Shown here: positions 19,404-28,229 of the stretch, in pieces
Layout: every line of letters begins with the position of its first letter
How positions within the stretch are numbered: the stretch's first letter is position 1
Source: an uncultured Lachnospiraceae bacterium
GTDB lineage: Bacteria; Bacillota; Clostridia; Lachnospirales; Lachnospiraceae
Length of the DNA: 50,018 bases
Reading direction: 5' to 3'
Assembly: GCA_902756775.1 (NCBI GenBank)
Contig: CACVSR010000001.1
Coordinates: 1 to 50,018, forward strand
Notes under the pieces: model-generated
The model's database searches: none
What the model saw: only the letters and a program-made list of their open reading frames with translations
What the model was told of the DNA's origin: nothing
Program-made: the position numbers and the translations under genes

Positions 19404-20945
19404 ATGGGCGAACTGATTCTTGAGATGAAAAATATTACCAAGACATTCGGTTCTGTCATTGCAAACCAGGATGTCTGCCTGAAGGTGTACGCAAAAGAAA
19501 TTCACGCCTTGCTGGGAGAAAACGGGGCAGGAAAAAGCACGCTGATGAATGTTCTGACCGGCATTTACCGGCCGGACAGCGGTCAGATTTTCTGTCACGG
19601 GAAAGAGGTCTCCGTCAATTCCCCGAAGGATGCGGTCGATCTGGGGATCGGAATGGTCCATCAGCATTTCCGGCTGATTCCCACACTGACAGTCGCCGAA
19701 AATATATCCCTTTACACAGAAAAAAAAGGATTTTTGCTGAATCCGGCTAAAATGCAGAAACGGATCGCCGAGTGCTCCCGAAGCTTTAATCTGGAGGTGG
19801 ATCCGGCGGCTGTTGTCTGGCAGCTTTCGGTGGGAGAACAGCAGAGGGTGGAGATCGTCAAACTTCTTTATCACGGGGCGGAGATCCTTATTTTGGACGA
19901 GCCTTCTGCCGTGCTGACGCCACAGGAAGCGCAGGATATGTTTAATGTCCTGCGGAAAATGGCTGACAGCGGTAAGGCGGTGATCGTCATTTCCCATAAG
20001 ATGAACGAGGTTCTGAACAACGCGGACCGGATTACCGTCCTGAAGGACGGGCGCATGGAGGACACCATGGTGCGCAAGGACGCTACGCTGGACCGTCTCA
20101 CCAGAGCCGTTGTGGGAAAACAGGATTACAAGGAACATTTCCGAACACAAAAAAATATCAGTCCGGATGTGGTGTTTTCCATGGAACATGTCTGTGCGAA
20201 AAATGACCGCAATCTGGACGAGTTAAAAGACATTTCTTTTGATATCAGAAGGGGCGAGATCTTTGGAATTGCCGGTGTTGCCGGAAACGGCCAGCGGGAG
20301 CTTTCGGAGGTAATCGCCGGACTGAGACCTGTCACCTCAGGAAAAATTATGGCGGACGGAGCGGATCTTACCTGCGCGTCAGCCAGGGAACGCAGGGAAA
20401 AGGGAATTGCCCTGATTCCGGAGGACCGTCTGGAAACCGGACTTGTGCCCGACCTGAATTTTTCCGAAAATATTATTCTTACCCGTTATTCTTCTTCCCG
20501 GTACAGCCGGAAAGGTTTTCTGCGATTTGACCGGATGCGCCGGGATGCGGAGGACTATACAAAAGAATATGAGATCCGTCACGGGGGATTCGATCTTCCG
20601 GTCGGGCTGATGTCCGGAGGAAATCAGCAGAAGCTTCTTCTTGCAAGGGAAGTTTCCGGAAATCCGAAGCTGATTGTCGCCGCCTATCCTGTGCGGGGAC
20701 TGGATATCGGAGCCGCGGACATGATACGGCAGATTCTGCTGCAGCAGAGTGAAAAAGGAACCTCCGTTCTCTTTATCTCGGAGGAGCTGGACGAAATTTT
20801 CCACATGTGCGACAGAATCGGCGTGCTCTGCGACGGAGAACTGATGGGAATCCGGAACACATCGGAAACAGATGTCTTCGAGATCGGACAGATGATGGCA
20901 GGCGAGAGAAAGAACAGCGAAAAGGAGGCGTCTTCCTATGCGTAA
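19404..20945 (+). CDS. ABC transporter ATP-binding protein, CUT2/nucleoside type (two fused NBDs)
   Basis: LLGENGAGKST, GIGMVHQHF, LSVGEQQRVEI, LDEP, GVAGNGQREL, IPEDR, MSGGNQQK and RGLDIGA motifs. Confidence 0.93.
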   Translation: MGELILEMKNITKTFGSVIANQDVCLKVYAKEIHALLGENGAGKSTLMNVLTGIYRPDSGQIFCHGKEVSVNSPKDAVDLGIGMVHQHFRLIPTLTVAENISLYTEKKGFLLNPAKMQKRIAECSRSFNLEVDPAAVVWQLSVGEQQRVEIVKLLYHGAEILILDEPSAVLTPQEAQDMFNVLRKMADSGKAVIVISHKMNEVLNNADRITVLKDGRMEDTMVRKDATLDRLTRAVVGKQDYKEHFRTQKNISPDVVFSMEHVCAKNDRNLDELKDISFDIRRGEIFGIAGVAGNGQRELSEVIAGLRPVTSGKIMADGADLTCASARERREKGIALIPEDRLETGLVPDLNFSENIILTRYSSSRYSRKGFLRFDRMRRDAEDYTKEYEIRHGGFDLPVGLMSGGNQQKLLLAREVSGNPKLIVAAYPVRGLDIGAADMIRQILLQQSEKGTSVLFISEELDEIFHMCDRIGVLCDGELMGIRNTSETDVFEIGQMMAGERKNSEKEASSYA

Positions 20946-22002
20946 ATTCCGCTATGAAAAACGAACAGACGTCTCAATGGCGCGGAAAATCCTGAATCCT
21001 GTATTTTTTGTTCTGCTTGCCTTCCTGTTCTGTGCGCTGCTGCTGGGAGCCATGGGGTTCAGTCCCTTTGCCGTATACGGGAAGATGATCAGTACCATCT
21101 TCTCCCTGCGCGGTCTTACCCGGAGCATAGAGGCCGGCCTTCCCCTGATGTTTACAGGACTTGCCGTTGCGCTCGGCTACCGGATGAACCTGAATAATAT
21201 CGGAGCGGACGGGCAGTACGCGCTGGGAGCTATTTTCTGCGCAGGCTTCGGTCTGTATGGTCCGCCTATGCCGGCCGTGCTGAAAATCATTGTGATGTTC
21301 GCGGCAGCCATGCTGGGCGGCGCTCTGGCCGCCTGTATTGCCGCCGTTCCCAGAGCACTTTGGAATGTCAGCGAGACTATCCTTACTATGATGCTGAACT
21401 ATGTATTCCTGAATGTCCTGAACTATCTGATGTATGGGCCATGGAAGGAATTGAACCAGATGGTTGCGCAGACAAGGGAGATCGACAGCTCTTTGTGGCT
21501 TCCGGAATTCGGTAATACAGGGATCAGTCTGGCACTGCTGATTGCTGTAGCAATCGCATTTCTGCTCTGGTTTCTTCTGAAGAAAACCACCTGGGGCTAC
21601 CAGATGGAGGTCATCCGCCGCAGTCCCCGCGCCGCGGAGTACGCCGGCATGTCCGTTAAGAAAAATATCATTTCTACTCTCTGCCTGAGCGGGGCGATTG
21701 CCGGTCTTGCCGGGTTTGCAGAGGTGAACGGTGTCCTTCACCGTGTGCAGGCGGATCTTCCGAATAATGCCGGCTACACCGGTATTGTCATCGCGTTTCT
21801 GGCCTACCTGAATCCGCTCTCCACGGTTTTGGTGGCGTTCCTTTTAGGGGCACTTCAGATCAGTGCAGTGGCTGTTCAGATTACCGGCGTTCCCTCACAG
21901 GTGGCGACCATGATTCAGGGAAGTATCATGCTCTTTGTCATTGCGGGAGAGTTCTTTATCCGGTACCGGCTGGTGAAGGTACAGAAAGGAGAGGCGGCAT
22001 GA
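20938..22002 (+). CDS. ABC transporter permease (nucleoside/BMP-associated)
   Basis: Hydrophobic; NIGADGQ, SETILTMMLNY, AAEYAGM, SGAIAGLAG and GYTGIVIAFLA motifs. Confidence 0.9.
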   Translation: MRKFRYEKRTDVSMARKILNPVFFVLLAFLFCALLLGAMGFSPFAVYGKMISTIFSLRGLTRSIEAGLPLMFTGLAVALGYRMNLNNIGADGQYALGAIFCAGFGLYGPPMPAVLKIIVMFAAAMLGGALAACIAAVPRALWNVSETILTMMLNYVFLNVLNYLMYGPWKELNQMVAQTREIDSSLWLPEFGNTGISLALLIAVAIAFLLWFLLKKTTWGYQMEVIRRSPRAAEYAGMSVKKNIISTLCLSGAIAGLAGFAEVNGVLHRVQADLPNNAGYTGIVIAFLAYLNPLSTVLVAFLLGALQISAVAVQITGVPSQVATMIQGSIMLFVIAGEFFIRYRLVKVQKGEAA

Positions 22003-22931
22003 GCAGCACACTTCTGATTTCTATCCTGTCCATGGCGGTACTGTATGCGGTTTCTGTTCTGTACGGTGCTGTCGGGGAAATCTTCGCGGAGAAGGCCGGC
22101 GTCATGAACCTCGGTCTGGAGGGGATTATGCTGATGGGAGCCGTATCGGGCTATCTGGTGGCTGTCAATCAGAAGAATCTCGGTCTGGCTATGTTGACAG
22201 TCGTTCTTGTGGGCGCCGTTCTTGGACTGATTTTCGCGTTTCTGACCATCACTCTGCAGGCAGACCAGACGGTGGCGGGAATGGCCATGCTTACCTTCAG
22301 TACAGGCATGAGCGGGTTTATCGGAAAGAGTGTAAGCGGGGTAAATGCGAATCTTGCTTTCGAGGCGATTTCCATACCGGGGCTCTGCCGCATTCCGATC
22401 CTGGGTCCTGTTCTGTTCCAGCAGAATATACTGGTTTACCTGATGTATTTTATCATTCCCCTGTCAGTGTTTTATATCAATCACACCAGACCGGGGATGA
22501 TTCTCCGTGCTCTTGGGGAAAACCCGGCCGCGCTGGACAGCGCAGGCTATAACGTCTTTGCACTGCGCTATGCGTATGTGGTTTTCGGTTCCGTCATGAC
22601 GGCGGTAGGGGGCGCCTTTGTCTCCCTTGCCTATACCAATTTCTGGAGTGACGGCATGACGAGCGGCAAGGGCTGGATTGCCTTTGCCCTGGTTGTATTT
22701 TCCTCCTGGAATCCGCTGACTGCCGTGTTCGGAGGGCTTCTCTTCGGGGCGATCAGCGCCATTGGCGTGGATATCCAGACACTTTTCCCGGCGATTCCGT
22801 CGCAGATTTTTGCGACGCTGCCATACATTGCAACGATTATCGCACTTGTTTTCACCACGGGGAATTTCCGTAACCGGAGATCGGCCGCTCCCGCGGCTCT
22901 CACCATTCCCTATGACCGTGAAAAGAGGTAA
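21999..22931 (+). CDS. ABC transporter permease (nucleoside/BMP-associated)
   Basis: EKAGVMNLGLEGIML, RALGENP, GKGWIAFALV..W.P and LPY motifs. ATGA overlap with the upstream gene. Confidence 0.92.
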   Translation: MSSTLLISILSMAVLYAVSVLYGAVGEIFAEKAGVMNLGLEGIMLMGAVSGYLVAVNQKNLGLAMLTVVLVGAVLGLIFAFLTITLQADQTVAGMAMLTFSTGMSGFIGKSVSGVNANLAFEAISIPGLCRIPILGPVLFQQNILVYLMYFIIPLSVFYINHTRPGMILRALGENPAALDSAGYNVFALRYAYVVFGSVMTAVGGAFVSLAYTNFWSDGMTSGKGWIAFALVVFSSWNPLTAVFGGLLFGAISAIGVDIQTLFPAIPSQIFATLPYIATIIALVFTTGNFRNRRSAAPAALTIPYDREKR

Positions 22932-22991
22932 GGCAGGCTGCTCCCCTGCGGAAGGGGAAACTTATTCACATCATCAGGAGGAAGGTAAAAA

Positions 22992-24269
22992 ATGCGAATG
23001 AAGACAAGAATGATCAGCCTCTGCGCCATTGCCGGCATGACAGCACTGAGTCTGGCCGGTTGCAGTGAAGCTGCCGTTTCGGGGAACAGCTCTGCAGCGT
23101 CCGAGAGTACATCGGAAGCTGCATCCTCATCTGAAAATGCGGTCAGCGCAGGTTCAGCAGCGGTGTCAACCGTAGCAACATCTGGTGGCAGCTCCGCGTC
23201 GGGCATCAATCAGATCCCGGAGGAGACGGAAGAAGCTTCCGCGGAAAATGTTGATTTTTCCTCATTCAAAATCGGTGAGATCGAATCTTATGTGGTAAAC
23301 GACGGCGGATGGTGCCAGGCGACACACAACAGCATTCTGAGCGCCATGAACGATCTGGGCATCCCGGAGGACAACCTGATTACACTGGAGAGTATCGACG
23401 ACACAGATCAGGCATCCGTAAAGGAAGCAGCGGAGCAGCTGGTAGACCAGGGATGTAACCTGATTATCGGCGCATCTACCGGATATTCTTCCTATCTTCC
23501 GGAAATTGCCGAAAAGAATCCGGATGTCATTTTTGCACAGTGGGGCAACAAGGTGGATGGCCTTGTCGGATATGAGATCCGCAGCTACGAGGGCATGTTC
23601 CTGGCCGGTTATGCCTGCGAGCTTCTTTCTCAGGATCAGAATACAGAGCTAGGATATTCCGCTTCTTATAATGAGTTTTCCGTGCGCACGGCTATCAATG
23701 CCTACGCGCTTGGCGCGAAATACGCAAATGCAGATGCAAAAGTAAAGGTAGCCTCCGCGGCTTCATGGTACGACATCGACAAGGAGACCCAGTGTGCGCA
23801 GTCTCTGATTGATTCCGGAATTAAATACATGGGTATGGAAGCCTCTTCTCCAGCTATTCCGGAGACCTGCGAAAAGAACGGCGCTTTTGTGGTAGGTTAT
23901 CACAACGATATGTCAAGTCTGGCACCCAAAGCCGTCCTGGTATCCTTCGAGTGGAATTTTGCTCCGATCTTCAAGAGCATCATCACCCGTACTGCGGAAA
24001 AGACAGCTACCCCGGATGATTTCTATTACTGGGGTGGAGACTGCTCCAGGCTTTCTGATTTCGCGGACTTCGTTCCGGAGGATGTTGTTCAGAAGGTAAC
24101 CGATCTGAAGAGCAAATTGGAATCCGGTGAGGTTCAGGTCTATGCCGGCGAGCTGAAGGACAATCAGGGTAACGTCCTGGTAAAAGAGGGACAGGTTATG
24201 TCTGATGAAGACATCATCCAGCAGAATTTCTTTGTCGATAATGTAGAGACATCCTGGACGGTGCAGTAA
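22992..24269 (+). CDS. BMP (basic membrane protein) family substrate-binding lipoprotein
   Basis: Lipobox LAGC, Ser/Ala/Glu-rich tether, NDGGW, YEGMFLAG, INAYALGA and SWYD..KE motifs. Confidence 0.88.
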   Translation: MRMKTRMISLCAIAGMTALSLAGCSEAAVSGNSSAASESTSEAASSSENAVSAGSAAVSTVATSGGSSASGINQIPEETEEASAENVDFSSFKIGEIESYVVNDGGWCQATHNSILSAMNDLGIPEDNLITLESIDDTDQASVKEAAEQLVDQGCNLIIGASTGYSSYLPEIAEKNPDVIFAQWGNKVDGLVGYEIRSYEGMFLAGYACELLSQDQNTELGYSASYNEFSVRTAINAYALGAKYANADAKVKVASAASWYDIDKETQCAQSLIDSGIKYMGMEASSPAIPETCEKNGAFVVGYHNDMSSLAPKAVLVSFEWNFAPIFKSIITRTAEKTATPDDFYYWGGDCSRLSDFADFVPEDVVQKVTDLKSKLESGEVQVYAGELKDNQGNVLVKEGQVMSDEDIIQQNFFVDNVETSWTVQ

Positions 24270-24317
24270 GCCGCAGAGCACGCTGACGGAAAAACAATCG
24301 CTTCGTATTTAAGCAGG

Positions 24318-24372
24318 GCGGACGGAGAACCGGTTGAAATCTCAGATTTTCTTTCGGACCGTCCGCTTTTTT
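24318..24372 (+). terminator. Putative terminator / stem-loop between the BMP gene and mtmB-like gene
   Basis: GCGGACGG...CCGTCCGC followed by TTTTTT, enclosing an inner GAAATCT-C-AGATTTT hairpin. Confidence 0.5.
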
Positions 24373-24505
24373 AAGAAGGTTCCGTTTTCCGTCTCTATGG
24401 CGGGAGTAATCCATGAGTAAAGGGAGAGGGCAGAAAACATGCTGTCTTTCTGTACTGCGGAGGAAACAGGCGGAACCGGGTAAAATATAAGAAACAGGAG
24501 GAATT

Positions 24506-25882
24506 ATGGACGCAAAAAAATTTCTTGAGCTCTATGAGAGAGGAACAACCGGAAAACAGATATCCAAGAATGAGTGGGATATGGAGTACATCGTCGAAAA
24601 TGTCATGGACATGGTAGACAAATATGATCTGAGCTGGGACAAACAGGTGATCATTCCCCAGGATGACGATCTGCTGGACCGCCTGTTCCGCGCATCCCGT
24701 GAGCTGATTCTGCAGAACGGAATCTACAATATGACGACCGGCCGCATTATGACCCTGACAGAAGAGGAAGTGGATGAGGGCATCGCCAACATGAAGCAGG
24801 AGCTTGTCATGGGTGAGGGAAAGGACGCCTACACACTCCGGCCAAGAAAAATCGAGGATACTGCAGAGCCCTGTGTGTGGGCCGGAAATCCGGGAGCCCC
24901 CACTCCGGAAAGGCTGTATCTTCCGATTCTTCAGAGCGTGGCAAAAGAGCCTGTGGTAGATCTTCTTACCTGCGGTTCTCTGATTGACGTAGACGGATAC
25001 CCGGTAAAGAGCGGCGGCCCGACAGAGGTTATGGCTGTGCGCCGCGAGATGAAATATCTGCACCAGGCCCTGGAGGAGGCCGGACGCCCCGGCATGGGAC
25101 TTCTTGCCGCCGAGAGCGCTGTAACAGCTGTCGGCGATTATGCAGCGACGGCAGACCGCTATCTGCGCCCCTGCGATTCTCACCTGGTAGCGCTGTTCAA
25201 CGAGCTGATTATGGATGACGGAAACCTGGTGCGCGCGGCAAATTCCATCGATTACGGAGTCCGCAACGCTTCCCTGGCCTGCACCATGGTCGGCGGACTT
25301 GGCGGAGATGCGCCGGGTAGCTGCCTGATTATGATGGCGTCCATGATGGCAGCCAACCAGTTTGCTATCGCCGACTACCACCTCTGCCATCCGATTCATA
25401 TTAATGATGTGGCGACCTCTGCCAGAAGCTGCCTGTGGCTGCAGTCCGTGCTGTGCCAGTCGTTTGCCAAGAACGCACCATGCATTATCGTGTGCGATAT
25501 CTGGCCGGCCAGCGGTGCCATGACCAAAGAGCTTCTGTATGAAGTAGCGGCAAATTCCATTGTCGTAACGGTTTCCGGCGGACATCTGGAGGGACTCGGC
25601 TCCGCAAACGGACGGGTACCGAACGGAACCGGACTGGAGTGCCGTCTGATGGGAGAAGTCGGAAAAGCTGTCGCACGCCAGGGAATGACCCGCGCGGAGG
25701 CAAATGACATTGTCCTGAAACTCCTTCCGAAATATGAGTACATTTTCGGCAAAAAAGACGGTAATCCGGGAGTAAGCTTTGATAAAGCCTACAATATGGA
25801 CACCATTGAGCCGCTTCCGGAATGGCAGGCCATGTATGACGAGGTAAAGGAAGAACTTCGCCAGATGGGCATCAAATTCTGA
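24506..25882 (+). CDS. mtmB: Monomethylamine:corrinoid methyltransferase (MtmB) homolog, non-pyrrolysine
   Basis: 458 aa, the same size as methanogen MtmB. N-terminal G....EWD, D..LDRLF, GIY...TGRI, GEGKD, AGRPGMG and C-terminal G..F...Y...T..P match MtmB as recalled. No in-frame TAG; CTT (Leu200) sits at the Pyl-equivalent site. Confidence 0.88.
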   Translation: MDAKKFLELYERGTTGKQISKNEWDMEYIVENVMDMVDKYDLSWDKQVIIPQDDDLLDRLFRASRELILQNGIYNMTTGRIMTLTEEEVDEGIANMKQELVMGEGKDAYTLRPRKIEDTAEPCVWAGNPGAPTPERLYLPILQSVAKEPVVDLLTCGSLIDVDGYPVKSGGPTEVMAVRREMKYLHQALEEAGRPGMGLLAAESAVTAVGDYAATADRYLRPCDSHLVALFNELIMDDGNLVRAANSIDYGVRNASLACTMVGGLGGDAPGSCLIMMASMMAANQFAIADYHLCHPIHINDVATSARSCLWLQSVLCQSFAKNAPCIIVCDIWPASGAMTKELLYEVAANSIVVTVSGGHLEGLGSANGRVPNGTGLECRLMGEVGKAVARQGMTRAEANDIVLKLLPKYEYIFGKKDGNPGVSFDKAYNMDTIEPLPEWQAMYDEVKEELRQMGIKF

Positions 25883-25890
25883 TCTGACTG

Positions 25891-25941
25891 AAAAGGCCGC
25901 TTTTTCCCCGACGTAACAGATGGAGGAAGAAGCGGTTTTTT
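25891..25941 (+). terminator. Putative terminator after mtmB-like gene
   Basis: AAAAGGCCGCTTTTTCC...GGAAGAAGCGGTTTTTT stem with G-U pairs and a T tail. Confidence 0.6.
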
Positions 25942-26057
25942 GTTGACAAAAGAGACTGCCGTTCTTTATACGCAGGGAACGTCGGCCGGGTCTTCCGGGA
26001 CAACAGAAAAGGCGCAAAGATGAAGAAAAACAGAGAGAAGAAAGAAGGGAGCCAGTC

Positions 26058-27338
26058 ATGGCAGAAAAGACAAATCTTGCCTTAAGAAACAGCGTGATGT
26101 ATATGGTGTTTGTCCGCAATTATTCCAGGGAGGGGACGTTCCGCCGTCTGCAGGAGGATCTGCCGCGCATCCAGTCGCTGGGCGTGGATTATATCTGGCT
26201 TCTTCCGATCCAGCCCCTGGGCGTGAAGAACCGGAAAGGAACCCTGGGATCTCCCTATGCGATCCGGGACTACCGGGCGGTCAACCCGGAATACGGAACC
26301 ATGGAGGATTTGAGGGCATTGACCGATGCCGTTCACGATCTCGGAATGAAATGCATTCTGGACATTGTGTATAACCACACATCCCCGGACTCCGTACTCG
26401 CTTTCGAGCATCCGGACTGGTTTTACCACAAGGAGGATGGAAGCCTGGGAAACCGGATCGGGGATTGGTCGGATATTGTTGACCTGGATTACTCCCATCC
26501 GGAGCTCTGGGATTACCAGATTGAAACCCTGAAGATGTGGGCAAAATATTTCGACGGGTTCCGCTGCGATGTTGCGCCTATGGTTCCGCTTTCCTTCTGG
26601 CTGAAGGCAAGAGAAGAGGTGGAAAAGGTTCATCCCGGAATGGTGTGGATCGCAGAATCAGTGGAACCGCGTTTTATCCTCTGGAACCGGGAGAAGGGAA
26701 TACCGGTATCCTCCGACAGCGAACTGTATCAGGCGTTTGACATCTGTTACGATTACGATATCAGCAAAGAAATGTGCGACGCTATGCTGGGGCGCGCCCC
26801 GCTGTCTGTCTATCTGGAAGCTATGAACCGCCAGGAATGGATCTACGGTCAGAACTACATCAAGCTGCGTAATCTGGAAAACCACGACCGGAACCGGGCG
26901 GCCGCGCTGATTCCTGATGAACAGGCGCTCCGGAGCTGGACCGCTTTCCTGTATTTTGCCAGGGGAACCACCCTGCTGTATGCCGGACAGGAGAAGGGAG
27001 TAACCCATCACCCATCCCTGTTTGACAGGGACACCGTGGACTGGAAGGGTACGGCAGACCTGACAGACGAAATCCGCCTGCTCTCCGGGCTGAAGAGAAA
27101 CGAAAGCATCTTCCGTGAGGGAGCCTTCTCTGTCAGCACCCCTGACGAGAAGAACATTGTCGCTGTCTATGCCGGTAAAGAAGAAAAGCTGACCGGGATT
27201 TTTCCTCTTCACGGGGCTGCCTCCGTTTCCGTACAGCTTCCGGACGGCACGTACCGGAACGAGTACACCGGTAAGAATGTCGATGTCTATGAAAATGTGA
27301 TCACGACAGACGGGGTGCCTGTGATTATCCGGACCTGA
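26058..27338 (+). CDS. GH13 alpha-amylase family glycosidase (cytoplasmic, cyclomaltodextrinase-like)
   Basis: GSPYAIRDY, DIVYNH, DGFRCDVA (nucleophile Asp), AES (acid/base Glu) and LENHD motifs. No signal peptide. Confidence 0.9.
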   Translation: MAEKTNLALRNSVMYMVFVRNYSREGTFRRLQEDLPRIQSLGVDYIWLLPIQPLGVKNRKGTLGSPYAIRDYRAVNPEYGTMEDLRALTDAVHDLGMKCILDIVYNHTSPDSVLAFEHPDWFYHKEDGSLGNRIGDWSDIVDLDYSHPELWDYQIETLKMWAKYFDGFRCDVAPMVPLSFWLKAREEVEKVHPGMVWIAESVEPRFILWNREKGIPVSSDSELYQAFDICYDYDISKEMCDAMLGRAPLSVYLEAMNRQEWIYGQNYIKLRNLENHDRNRAAALIPDEQALRSWTAFLYFARGTTLLYAGQEKGVTHHPSLFDRDTVDWKGTADLTDEIRLLSGLKRNESIFREGAFSVSTPDEKNIVAVYAGKEEKLTGIFPLHGAASVSVQLPDGTYRNEYTGKNVDVYENVITTDGVPVIIRT

Positions 27339-27372
27339 GGGAGTTCCTGGTTTCCATACATGACCCATACAT

Positions 27373-27422
27373 GGGTAGGGTAGGGTAGGGGGACGTAACA
27401 GAACTTGTTCTACACATCCCCC
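27373..27422. repeat. (GGGTA)n G-tract fused to an imperfect GC-rich hairpin
   Basis: GGGTAGGGTAGGGTAGGGGG (27373-27392), then GGGGGACGT..AGAAC-TT-GTTCT..ACATCCCCC (27388-27422). Confidence 0.55.
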
Positions 27423-27486
27423 GATATTTATGTTAAAATGAGTTCCCGGTACTCTGTGTCTGAAAGAGAGTAGACAAGGAGCACCT

Positions 27487-28215
27487 ATGGATCAAAAAGA
27501 TATGCGCAGCATCAGGGACATTCCGGCACAGGAGCGTCCCTATGAAAAATGTCTGAAGCACGGGGCTGCGGCACTTACAGACGCGGAGCTGCTGGCTGTG
27601 GTTCTGCGCTGCGGAACCCGCGGATGTTCCTCCGTGGAACTGGCGCGGCAGCTGTTAAGCCTCTGCCCCTACGAGGGTGGGCTGACTGGTATTCTGCATC
27701 TGAAGCCGGAACAGCTGAAAACACTTCCCGGCATCGGAGAGGTCAAGGCGGTTCAGATTCTGTGCATCGGAGAGCTCTCCCGAAGAATTTCCGGGAGAGA
27801 AGCAAAAAAGAAGCTGGATTTTCACAATTCCAAAACAATAGCGGAGTATTATATGGAAGACATGCGTCATCTGGAACAGGAGGTTGTTCTGTGCATGATG
27901 CTGGATTCCAGGAATCAGCTTCTGGGAGAAGTGGAAGTCAGCAGAGGAACGGTAAACTGTTCCCTGCTTTCGCCACGCGAGGTGTTCATCGCCGCGCTGG
28001 AGTATCATGCGGTCCGGATTATTCTGGTGCATAATCATCCCAGCGGGAGCGCGCAGCCAAGCAGGGAGGATATCGAAGTGACCAGGCGGATTGCCGCGGA
28101 AGGGGAGAGCCTAGGCATTACGCTTCTGGATCACATAGTGATCGGAGACAGAGAATACGTCAGTATTCTGCCGGAAATTGCAGAGGGCAGCTGCGGGACG
28201 TGTTCTGACAGATAA
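27487..28215 (+). CDS. radC: RadC / JAB-domain protein
   Basis: ERPYEK, LTDAELLAVVLR.G, HhH GIGEVKA, PREVF, HNHPSG and LLDHIVIG motifs. Extended -10 TG-T-TAAAAT at 27431-27439. Confidence 0.95.
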   Translation: MDQKDMRSIRDIPAQERPYEKCLKHGAAALTDAELLAVVLRCGTRGCSSVELARQLLSLCPYEGGLTGILHLKPEQLKTLPGIGEVKAVQILCIGELSRRISGREAKKKLDFHNSKTIAEYYMEDMRHLEQEVVLCMMLDSRNQLLGEVEVSRGTVNCSLLSPREVFIAALEYHAVRIILVHNHPSGSAQPSREDIEVTRRIAAEGESLGITLLDHIVIGDREYVSILPEIAEGSCGTCSDR

Positions 28216-28229
28216 GGGGTATTTCATTC

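Noticed and set aside
24506-25882. Pyrrolysine (amber) readthrough in mtmB
   Set aside because: The ORF is uninterrupted and ends in TGA, and no pyl genes or tRNA-Pyl are seen.
24395-26119. 574-aa minus-strand ORF antisense to mtmB
   Set aside because: It has no recognisable motifs and mirrors a strongly codon-biased sense gene, so it is a typical shadow ORF.
27400-27411. AGAAC-TT-GTTCT as a LexA (Cheo) box upstream of radC
   Set aside because: The Bacillota SOS box needs GAAC-N4-GTTC, and the spacer here is 2 bp.
27487-28215. radC as a marker of a mobile element or anti-restriction module
   Set aside because: It is the full-length HhH+JAB chromosomal form in its usual position upstream of mreBCD.
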